A stretch of 64,000 nt of DNA, from the NCBI GenBank assembly GCA_951406725.2, contig OX597814.1:83390001-83454000 (forward strand), given 5' to 3'. This document shows, in pieces, positions 27,181 through 38,447 of the stretch. The notes under the pieces were generated by a model. The model was not told the DNA's origin, did no database searches, and saw only the letters and a program-made list of their open reading frames with translations. Each line of letters begins with the position of its first letter. Within the stretch, counting starts at the first letter, position 1. Origin of the DNA: Octopus vulgaris. Lineage: Eukaryota. The translations under genes and the position numbers were made by a program.

Positions 27181-27758
27181 GCAATGACTGCAATTTTGCT
27201 CATCTTGATGGGTCTTCTTCTCAAGCATGACATAATGCCAAAGGTCTCAGTTATTACCTCCATGAAGCCCAACACTCAAGGAAAATCTTTATGTATTTGT
27301 ATAACTTTTATATTTTAGCTTGCATGTAAATATCATTAAGATAAAAAAACAATGTAAAAAAGATATACTTAAATCAGGACAAAGAGCTAAAGAAATCGCG
27401 TAAGTTGTGGAAAAGAAATTAAACTACTAATAAGAAAGTAATTAATTTACTAACATGAGACTAATTAATTAATTTAAATGAACCTAAAGAATACTTATAC
27501 AAAATTTCAGATGCTGGCTAATAGTAGGAGAATAACATAACAACCACCATGCACGGGTAACAATATAAATATATATAAAGACTTGATTATGTTAGCCTAA
27601 AATTTTACACTTTAAAAATAAAATTATAAATAAATGGAACTGTATTTCAGGTAATAGCTAATTCAAGTGGATGCTTTATAAAGTTCTGTTAAGTGCAAAA
27701 ACAAATATAAGAATATAAATTGTATCTTAAAAAAAAAAGGTGGTGAAGAGTGATTTGG

Positions 27759-27939
27759 AATGTTGCATCTTGAAGTACACATAAAACTATAAATATTAGA
27801 ATATCAGTATTGGGGTGAAAACCCCTTTTGGATAGAAAAAGTCAAAGGCTGCCTTTGAATTTTTCTGTCCAAAAAGGTTTTCAAACAATATTTACATGCT
27901 ACTGCCTATAGCTTTACGTGTGCTTCAAAATCCAATGTT
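27759..27939. repeat. Imperfect palindrome of about 180 bp (MITE-like)
   Basis: Centre TCAAAGGC-T-GCCTTTGA at 27850. Arms GAAAACCCCTTTTGGATAGAAAAA / TTTTTCTGTCCAAAAAGGTTTTC and TTGAAGTACAC / GTGTGCTTCAA. Confidence 0.75.
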
Positions 27940-28949
27940 AAATAAAAAAAAAAAAAAAAAACAACAATTATTTCACATTCTCTTAAAAGTTTAAAATTAG
28001 TAATCTTAAATCCATACAGAAGCTCATGCAGAAACTCCAGCCAGGATAATGATTTTTAATTTAGGTACAAGGCCAGCAATTTTTGAAAGGAGAGGGACTA
28101 GTAAGTTACACTGCCTCCTTCACCTTCCCAATTCTTAACTGGTACATTATTTTATCAACCACAGCGGGATGAAAAACAAAGTTGTCTTATGTGGGGTTTA
28201 TGCATATATGCAAAACTGATGCACATCCTCCAAATCCAGTTTATTAGTGGAACAGTGAAAATTTCTAAGACATTCCAAAGATTCTCCATCTGAGATTCTT
28301 TTAATGAAAATATGCATACACTTAGTTTTGTGCATCTACAAGGACACACATCTGCAAGTAATGATGCACACACACACACAAACACACACACACACACACA
28401 TAAACACAAGCACTAAAGAGACATTCGCAAAGAACATAAATGCAAGTGCATGCACCTACATATGTGCACATATCAACCCAACCACTTTTTGAAAACTCTG
28501 GAAAATTTGTTTACTCAAAAAGTCTTGTTGCTTTGTTAGAAACCAGTTTGAATCTTAAAGAAAATCATGAACATGCATGCATACTTATATGCATTCAGAA
28601 TGAGAGAGAGAGAGGCAGACAGACAGATGTGTGTGTTTGCATAATTCTTAATGATGTGAACATTTTACTTAAAAGTCTCTTTTTGATTTATTAATTAGTT
28701 GAAAGAAAAATACTTAAATATTTAATCTTAATGTACTTTTAATGCACTACATTAATCACCAACGTTGATTAAATACCACTAAACAAAGAAAATGATTTCT
28801 TCAATCTTCTGCAACATCAGTATAAAGAAAAGTCAAGTGAAGTGTATTTATCACATATTCAACAGTCTGATTTGACCTTCTCATATCTATACCTAAGTAA
28901 GATTATATAAACCTATAAAAATATATTAGTTTTTTTATGTTTTTTTATT

Positions 28950-28957
28950 TATATATA

Positions 28958-29016
<59 letters not shown>

Positions 29017-29480
29017 GCATATATGTACACGCATATATGCGCATATATGTACATGCATACTTCGATATGTTATAGCTATACCCGTGTGCGCGTGTGTCTC
29101 TCTGTGTGTGTATATGAGTGTATATGTGCACGCACATACGGACACACAGCCGTGTGTGCGTGCGCGTATTGACATGAGTACGGGATTCTTTACTTACGTT
29201 CTTATACACATCCTTTAATATCTTATACCTGGACCTAGAGGCGTGGGCATATACGTGTGTGTATGTAGTGATGGGCGCGCGTATATACATGTGAGCGTGT
29301 ACGCGCGTAATGTCCGTGTATATATGCGGATATTCTGTTGTATGTATGTGTATGTGCGCGCGTGCGTGTGGGTGCGTGTGTGTTTATGTACGTGTTTACA
29401 CGCGAGTGCGTGTGTATGCTTATATGCTTGGAGGCGTATGTGTACGCGTGTATGTGGGTGTATGTATCCATGATGATATG
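28950..29480. repeat. (TA)n followed by a cryptic alternating purine-pyrimidine (TA/TG/CG) tract
   Basis: Direct read; CpG-rich relative to the flanks. Confidence 0.9.
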
Positions 29481-30099
29481 TATGTACTAGAAGTCCATTT
29501 AATTCAAGGAACCAGATTAAATGCTCATCAGCTCTGATTTACAACGCATTAAGTCCCCAGACGAAACTGTTGATTTACTGTTGATTTACTGACAATTCTA
29601 CAACTAAATTTTATCAATCTCCTGACCACCATGCTTGGTCCGTAACCTCTATACATCCCTTATCTTTACATTCTTTTACACTTTTATCATGGTTTTATCA
29701 GATTTTTTTACTTTTATTTCTATTTCTATTTTTACTTTATAACCTTATGCCTTTACATTTATTTACATTTCTTTATATTTCTTTATACCCCCTTTACATC
29801 TCCTTACAACTCTTTATATCTTTATCCTCTACATTTTTATATTATTCTATACTTACACTTTTTATACATTTTTTACCCCTCGTCCCGAACTCTCGCCCCT
29901 CCATCTTCACCTCTATATATGTATTTATTTATTTACATTACCTCAACATCCAATTTTCCTCATTCTACATTGAGAGAAGAAAGAGATGGACGCTTCAATT
30001 CTATGCTGCTGCCGCATTATGTCGTACGTGAATGAGAGGATTCGCATCCCCAACCAAGAATTTTTGATGTAACACATGTCCTTGCGGAAGCTGTTGTGC

Positions 30100-30177
30100 G
30101 CGGCTGAAGAAGGCCACAGACATACATTATGCATTGTTATAAATCTGTCTAATAAAGGCCCGAAACATATGTACCGC
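30100..30177 (+). ncRNA. Type-I hammerhead ribozyme motif (Penelope-like pLTR type)
   Basis: Stem I GCGG(30100-30103)/CCGC(30174-30177); core CTGAAGA (30104-30110); stem II GGCC/GGCC extended by ACAGA/TCTGT; GAAA (30162-30165); palindromic stem III ACATATGT (30165-30172); GUA cleavage triplet ending at 30173. Confidence 0.75.
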
Positions 30178-30283
30178 TGAATCCTTCGCATCATGTTTTT
30201 ATTTTATTTTGATCAATTTACTCCACCACCTACACCACCAAACGGTATACACAGGTGCTTATAATTATCAAGTACTCACCCTG

Positions 30284-30288
<5 letters not shown>

Positions 30289-30379
<91 letters not shown>
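30289..30379. repeat. (TA)n microsatellite, about 90 bp
   Basis: Direct read. Confidence 0.98.
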
Positions 30380-30382
<3 letters not shown>

Positions 30383-30470
30383 GGAGCTTCTACAGGACTA
30401 GAACTGTTTCATTCAAGATGATTTCTCTTGAATGAAACAGTTCTAGTCCTGTAGAAGCTCCTTCTATATA
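30374..30470. repeat. Perfect inverted repeat (39-bp unique arms plus TATATA, 7-nt loop)
   Basis: GAAGGAGCTTCTACAGGACTAGAACTGTTTCATTCAAGA (30380-30418), loop TGATTTC, exact reverse complement at 30426-30464. Confidence 0.97.
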
Positions 30471-32099
30471 ATAAATTAATTTTACTCTGCTATGTATTGA
30501 GTACCTTATTTACTGCGGTTAACCCCGAATCAACCCGGGACCTACATATATATATATATATATATATATATCATACACAGTTTTATGAGTGGAATTCTTA
30601 ATATTGTAAAAGGAGGAAAAGGGGGAGTTAAAAAATTATGAACATTATTAGTACAGGTATGGCTGTCTGATAAAGAAGTTTGTTTTTAGCTAGTATAATC
30701 CCAGGTTCAGTCTCCCTGTGCAGCATATTGGGCAAGTGTCTTCTCTCTTGCTCTCAGAGGAACAAAGATTTGTAAATGAAATTTGACAATTTGACAGTAA
30801 AAAATTTTGTGAAAGTCTGTGTATGTGTGTGTTTATTGTTTGCATAATGTCTTAGCAAAGAAATTCTGCTGTTTGCGTATAATACAAGCATGGGATGCCA
30901 AGTGCTTATGAAAATACCTTTTGATATTTCAATCCATGTATGTTACTTCTTTTACAGTCAGATTACTTTATCTTTCTTCCACAAAAATCAAATAAGTGTC
31001 AGAGAAATTACTGGCATTACTATAAGTGTTTAACACTCTTGAAACATGGTGTCTTAGCATGGCCACAGCCCAGTAACAGAAACCAATGAAAGAATATTTA
31101 TTATTATATATCTGATTCATCTAGAGGTAAAATGATGGAATAGATAAAGTTTGGGGCCACCTACTCTTGGCACTTAAGTTCAGATAGGATTCTGGCTGTA
31201 ATACTATTTAAATTTATAACAATTAGCTGGACTCAAGGATATTCCATGGAATAAGCAATCTGTACAACTTTATTATTATATTTTGTGTTTAAAAAATAAT
31301 TCTTGCTGCTATAAAATAGATTGCAATGAATGCATTATTGCTGTAAGATAAATTCTGATTGTACTTTTTGGTGAAAAATTATTCATGATAAAACTTCACT
31401 GTGGCTAGTTTCTACTCAAACATCATCCTTGTCATTAATGACTGGAGTGGATCAAATGAAAAGCAGCAGTTGTCTTAGTTTATTAAATATGAGGCTAAGG
31501 ATAGACGCGTGGCTGGTGAAAGCTGTACAGGCCATGTATAGAGACATTGACAGTAAGGTGAAAGTTAACCATGGTTGGGGACTAATGAATTACATTGGCT
31601 CCACTGTTTCACTGGTACTTAATTTATCAACCCCGAAAGAATGAAAGGCAAAGTCAACCTTGGCAGAATTTGAACTTGAAATTGAACTTGAAAAATGGAT
31701 GAAAAACAGCTAAGCATTTTCCCCAGCATGCTACTGATTCTGCCAGTTTGCCACCTTACTGTGATATGTCATAATAAAATCCATTATAGTCATCCAAGCA
31801 AAGCTACCAATATAAAAGCTAAGTAGAAAAACATGCGCAAACTAATGACTTATAAATGCAATAAATTATAAAATCAAACTTTCCTTAAAGTTCATTTAAT
31901 AGTCATTAAATCGCTCTTTATATGTGTACTGGACTGATAGGCCTTTGCCTCTAATTCTTGTGGTACTGCAAGAGCAGTGGCAAACAGACAGAGTGTGACA
32001 CATATGCTAACTTTTTAATAGTGACAAGGAGAATTATATGATGTATTAGAAGAAATTTTTAACATAAAATGAGAAGAAACAAAAAAATAAATGCAAAAA

Positions 32100-32134
<35 letters not shown>

Positions 32135-32347
32135 TCAGTAGCAGCAGTTTCTAATTGAAATACAGTTGAAACTAACAGAATATGAATGTTAAACTCCTAT
32201 GACTGGCCAATGTAAAATATGTATGGTAGAAAAAGAAAATATAGAAAGCTTCTAACAATACAGAAAGTTTTACAAAAGCTTTTATATTTCAGAAGGAAGC
32301 AGTCCAAGAAATGACTAGTTGCATCAATTTCATTATTTTATTTAAAC

Positions 32348-32657
32348 CAGTGGTTCTCGACCATTTTTTACTTGTAGACTCCTTTGATCTACTACTCTAT
32401 TCTGGTGGACCTCCAAAGCCATTCAATGTGTAAAAACTAGTTTTATAGACATTCCTTTCAAAACTCCTATTTTGTTTTTCACACAATAACTTATGTAATT
32501 TGAACTATGTGAAACATAAGAGTTAAGAAACCTTGCTGTTTCTTGTAATAAATACATTTAAAGCAAATTTTTTTCATGGACTCTTAAAATACTACTGTGG
32601 ATCCTCAATTTACTATTTTGCTTACATGGACCCCCAGGGGTCATATGGATCCCAGTT
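32348..32657. mobile_element. hAT (Charlie-like) non-autonomous element, right TIR truncated
   Basis: Starts CAGTGGTTCTCGACC. Subterminal GGACCC-like motifs (GGACCCCCAGGGGTCATATGGATCCCAGTT) at the right end, where the expected GAGAACCACTG is missing. Confidence 0.65.
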
Positions 32658-33599
32658 TAAATAAAATAATGAAATCAGTGTAATTAGACATTTCTTGGAC
32701 TGCTTCTTTCTGATGATGGGTCTTTGTACCTGAAATATAAAGGTTTTTGTAAAACTTTCTGCATTGTTAGAAGGTTTCTATATTTTCCTTTTCTTTTTCT
32801 ACTTATGTACTACAATGTTTCATGCAAACTACAATTCAGTATTGTTTATTACACTAAACAGCTGGGAATTACTGAAAAACAATTGAGTGTAGAGTACACT
32901 TAAAATTTATTTGTTTATTTGCTATTACTGAAGAAGGATAATCTTACATTAAAACAAACATGTTGGTCATTGAAACTAACTTTTTAAAGCCTGTATGGAA
33001 AACAATGTCATTTTAACCTTTGATAGTGATTGAAACAGAGCCACTTCATCAATTCTTATGTTTATGTATCATGTCATTCATTTAATGGAAATCAGTGGCA
33101 TGTTTTACTCTAGAGACGAAATGCTGCAATAAGTGATGATGTTGATGACAATGATGTAAAAGAAAGATTTATATTGCACACTTAACAGTTCTGTTTAACA
33201 AAACACAATGTGTGTTTCTAGAGTTTTATATATTTACAGAAGATGTTAAAAGCATATTATTTTGGAAATATCAGCCAGAATTCAGGATAATTAAAGTTTT
33301 TGGCTTCCACTTGAAACCTGAGACAGACAAATGTATTTTGACAGCTAGTATCAGTATGTTCCATATTTGGGGGACTGTAGTATTCTATACATTGTTTTCA
33401 GGACCATTATTGATCAGTTCTTGACAAAATTCAAATTAGTTTCTGAGAATATATTGAAAGAGATCAGTGAAGTAAGAATTAGAGCAAGATTGTTTTAGTG
33501 TATACACACATTTATTGATAATCAATGTGTACTGATCAATGTAAAGGATGCCTGTCTATTGAAGGGGATCTTGGAAGCTTTTGAATTCGATGCTGTTTT

Positions 33600-34833
33600 G
33601 AGGATACTGAATTGTTAATATTTGAAACTATGATCAAGTTAACGTGACCTTGGTCTGATCAGGGGCAATTTTTTTTTCTGATATATTTAATGTTATACAG
33701 AGTATAGTTGAGCGATTAATAAAATAACAAGATTTATATGTTCAACATCCTAATAGAAAAATGCTTGTATAACATTGCTACACTTTCATTGATTTAAGAA
33801 AGGTATTTGACCATGTTTAGCATGGAGTGTTATTGTCTATATTGAGGCAATATAACATTAGTCTATGAATAATATATGTTATAGTCATTATATGTACTTG
33901 AAGAAATTCTGGTTGGGGTTGGAAACTCTCCAAGTAACTGGTTTAAAACCACAGCTGGTGGTAGACAGGGGTGCATTCTTTCACAAAAAACTTTTAGTCT
34001 GTTTCTAAAATATATGATGCTGGAAGCCCTAAGTCTTTTGGAGAAAATCTTAATGAGGTAGAGATGTCAGTAATCTCCATTTTGACAATGATATTGATGT
34101 AACAGAAGAAAATGAAAAAGAATATTTTAACGCAAACTGCAGGAAAATATGGAAATAATAGCTTAAAAATGGAAAATAATAGTAGCTAATACACTTGAGA
34201 AGAAAATAGTCAATCTAATCGAAATAGCATAGGAAATGCTTAAACAAGTTGATAAATTTAAATATTTCAGAAGAGATCAAAGAAAGAAGCCAAATGCTGG
34301 ATTGCATCAACTACAGCATCTTCAGTAAAATTAGACTCTGTCTTGAAGAATACAAAATTGCAATAACCACAAAAATTCATTTAAGAGCCATAATAATTTT
34401 AACTGCACATTATGGATGTTAGATGTTGAAAGTGAGAAAAAGATCATGACCTTTGAAATGGAATGTTATAGTAAGATACTTCACATTCCATATACAGAAC
34501 ATCAAACAAACAAGATTATTAGGAAAGAAATTCTTGGAAAGATTGTGAACCAAGTAACTCTTCTATCAGTTGTCAAAAGGCAGAAAATGGAGTGGTGTGG
34601 TCATGTAACTCATGACACCATATTCTAGTGAATATGGTTGTGCACGAACAAACTCCCAATAAAAGAATAGGAAAATCACAAAGGTGGCGGCTTAGCAACA
34701 TCAAGGAATGGATAGAAAGGAAGATGATAGAAAGCATAAGGTTGAAGGACAAAAAAGAAAGATGGAGAGAGGAGGTTGTGTCTCTTGTAATATACTTACA
34801 GACTTCTTAGGCTATGGATTTTGATTGATTGAT
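33600..34833 (+). mobile_element. Decayed RTE LINE fragment (RT to 3' end)
   Basis: FIDLRKVFDHV (about 33785), GRQGCILS (about 33960), FEMECYSKILHIPYTEHQTN, KRQKMEWCGHVT, and a (TTGA)n tail at 34821-34833. Confidence 0.82.
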
Positions 34834-36293
34834 ATATATAAATGTAAAATATCTTTAATTTTGTTGTTTGTGTATTGCAGTAGAGTAAAAATCCATTTAC
34901 ATCTCCCCCAAAAATAAAGAAAGATGAATGCCTTGTCCATAGATGCTTTTGATTATAGGTCTTCTTGAGCAGAATTTACCTAAGGCTAAACAATAACATC
35001 TACTTTTTTTAAAACTAAGAAGTCTGCAAAAACAAACTGTACATAAATAATCATTCAGATCAAGAAAATATAAAATAAACCAGCTATGAAATGAAAAATG
35101 CTTTACCAGAAATAAAAATTAAATGAAAACCAGTTAAAAGCTTTGTATTTAGGTCAAACTTTCCATTTTAGTTCCTTAGCTTTTAGTTTCTCTTTACAAA
35201 AGAAAGCCATTTCAGTAATATTATACATCTATGTAATTTCTGTATATTTAGATATTATAGCAAAAGAAGAAAAATGGCTGCTAAAAATAAATTTATTTCG
35301 TTAATTAGTGGATGTGAACAAAATGTTTGCAATCAAGCAATTTTCTTAAGAATTATTTAGAATTATTTAAGTTTTTTTCTTTTTTTTTCAATGTCATATA
35401 TCAAATGATCACATGCCAATTTATGCTGATATATTTTATCAAGTAGTTTACTGTTTATTCAAACTTGGTTTTAAAATGTATAACAAGGAGATACAGATAC
35501 ACTTAAGCTTCTACTGTTTAAGACAGCAATATCTACAAAAGAAAATATGAATCAAATATTGGACATTTTGAAGAACTGGGATATATAGAAAATGCAAAGG
35601 AGAAGGAACATCAAATATACAATTTTAGCATGTGAAACTTTCTGATAATTACTTTAAATTAATCTGAGGATGACTACACAAGGGAAATATTGGTTTATAC
35701 AGTGTCAAATAGTACCAGAAAATAGTGTCATTTAGTGTCTAAATTTAGTAAATAACCAAGCTGTTTTCTAATTACATGTTAAATTGTTGGATAGTGTTAT
35801 AACTACTACAGTTACAACCACCATAATACAAATGTAGAAGAGCTTTATTCTAAAGAATAGAAAATATTTCTAGATGAATGTATTCCTTCAAAGCATCAAA
35901 ACAAGATGAGAAGAAAGAAAATGATTATTGAAATTTGGATTCCATCAATGAACTGTTATACATTTCGTATCAAATTAATCGTATAATTAAAATCCTTCTG
36001 GAAATTATTGCCTTCTTTCATATCCTACTATAAAAGAAGAAAGAAGTAAGCTACAACTGGTTTCCTAATTTTTCTAATATAAATTTGTTATTTATTAATA
36101 ATTTTATATATAATGCTTTTCATATATTTTAATTTTCCACACTGTTGTATATATGTGTGAAGATCTACTCTGTTATGTATACTTGTATATGTGTGTGTAT
36201 ATTAATAAGTGTATATTTATCTAGAAAGACAATTTTCCAATTTTCCATCGTTAAACAAAGGTTTTCTAAAGCTATTTTTTTTATCTTTGACAG

Positions 36294-36454
36294 GGATGAA
36301 TCTTTCAATTTGTCAAATGTTAGTCGGACCTTGAGTGAACAGATGCATGAATTGGTGCGTGCCTTTTCAAGTCGCACGCAAAGAGTGAAAGAAAAGACAA
36401 CTCAGCCTCCCACACCAACATCATCATCACTCTCCAGTCTTGAGGTCCAGTCAG
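36294..36454 (+). CDS. Coding exon of a cyclic-nucleotide-gated channel beta-subunit-like gene (N-terminal CaM-site region)
   Basis: Pyrimidine tract plus CAG acceptor (36291-36293) and GTTAGT donor (36455). Encodes DESFNLSNVSRTLSEQMHELVRAFSSRTQRVKEKTTQPPTPTSSSLSSLEVQS, resembling vertebrate CNGB1 [26 protein letters not shown] (recalled, not searched). Phase 2 in, phase 1 out. Confidence 0.82.
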
Positions 36455-38222
36455 GTTAGTTTTATATCTCATTATATCAACAGTTACTTAAAATAGTTAT
36501 TCCATGTTGAATGCATGACAACTGGAATTAAAAGCAAAAGGTATTTACTGTCTTGATTTCATTCCTTGATAGTTTATTTATGTAAAGGTAAAGTGTAGTT
36601 CTGGGGATAAAACTATCAACATACTGACTACTGTGATTAAACTTACAAGGGTGTTTTGTTCTGTGACTTTGAGCATGACATTTATTTCCAGCTGTTTGAA
36701 TTTACCTTGCTAGAGAACAAGAACTAAGCCTGATCAGAAAGTTACCAACAATAAACTAGCTTCTTATTCACAGATCAATATATCTCATTCGTTAAATGCT
36801 ACAAAAGTAGACATGAATGCCACTACAACAAACTCTTGGGATTTATCAAAGTATTTACCTTGTGTTACTGGCTTTCACATTGAAGATGACAGATTTATAA
36901 AAAAAAATGCTCCCATCCACACTTCATTATCTTTGCCATTCATGATTTTTGTAACTGATATTTTTTATTTTTCTGAAGCATTCTCGTTAATAAATGTTAA
37001 AGATATATTTGAATTTTTGAAATAGTTTTATTCTAAGAGATTTCAACTGATTTCCAACTTATGAGCCAACAATGGTAATAGTGATAATTATTGAGGTATA
37101 ACATAGGCACACAAAGTCTCAAATCTGGAAAGAGGTTATTCTAGATTTAATTGATTTAGTACTTGACTGGTACTTATATTATTGACCTCTTGAAGAATGA
37201 AAATAAAGTTGGACTGTTGGGATTTGACTGTAGAATGTAAAGAGACATAACTAAATACTAGAAGGCATCTTGTCCAATACTCTATCATTTTTCCCAACTT
37301 TGATTCCCATAACCCTTCAAATTGTTGGGACATGACTGAAGGTATTGTTTTCATGAGATATATCTAGTGCAAGTCAGTTTGGTGGAGCCCATTCGACACA
37401 GGGCTATACTGATGCTAAGATTTAGACATAGCATTGCGAATTAATGAAACAGTAGTCAATTACATAATGCTTCCAACATTATAACTCTAAGCTGCAAATC
37501 CCTACAATAAGCTTTTTGAGTTCTAAATGTTCCAGATATTGATGTAGTACACTCTAATAAATCCTTTTGCTGACAGTCTAGCTTATCAGCCTATCCAACT
37601 GGCTGACATTTTTTCTGTCTTAAACAGCTGTAAGTTACTACTCTTCATCAAGAAATATATTTAAAGTGAGTAATTTCTCAAAACAACTTCAGTCTGTCTT
37701 GAATGGTTATGTTTAACCTTTCCATTAAGGAACCAACTTTCTAAAATCCCTATTGATGTATAATAAATCTAAAAATTGTGTGGTAACAATATTTCTCCCA
37801 ACTCAGCTAATAATGAGTCAGTTATTCTTACTTGTTTATAGTTCCCACTGTAGAAATATGATCCATCATGAAAGTGCAGTAATAGCATCCAGATCTCACT
37901 CAAATTGTACCTTAAGAACACTCTAATCTAGTTACAGCTACATTAGGTCTAGAAAAAAAGCAAGATAGTTGTGACTGAAATACTTGGACCAAGGGTTATC
38001 TGAAGCACAACAACAATAAATATAGAAATGCTGAAATACTGAGAGGTAGAAAGGTTTGACTACTTTGTTATTGGTCACTCAATTCTACATGGTTTTCTAA
38101 AAGGTTATAGTTGTTATTTAAATTGCTGCACTTTAAATGGGTTTTGCACATAATACCTGTATTACCTTTATATTCATATATCAAGAATCATTTGAAAATG
38201 GCACCTTACAACTTGTACTTCA

Positions 38223-38447
38223 TTAACCCTTCTGATACCAACCTGTCCAAGACTGCCTTGGTTCTAAGATATAAGCTGTATGTTTTTTATTGTTCTAAAT
38301 TAAAACCTTCCCACTAAATTTCATGCCAATTTATGTTCCAAACATCAGTTTAATAACAACAAAGTTATTTTACTAAATTCATCATTATTTTCAAAATTAA
38401 TTGAAACAAAGGCAGTGTATTTAAATGGAAATATGGTAAAGAGTTAA
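38223..38447 (+). mobile_element. piggyBac-type MITE
   Basis: TTAA-CCCTT...AAGAG-TTAA ends. A diverged reverse-complement copy lies at about 61365-61548. Confidence 0.65.

Noticed and set aside
29490-29536. Minus-strand CTGATGAG followed by a CATTTAAT/ATTAAATG stem
   Set aside because: No GAAA or stem III follows, so it is at best a truncated hammerhead half.
28937-29537. Multiple YI/CV/HT-rich ORFs
   Set aside because: Translations of dinucleotide microsatellites.
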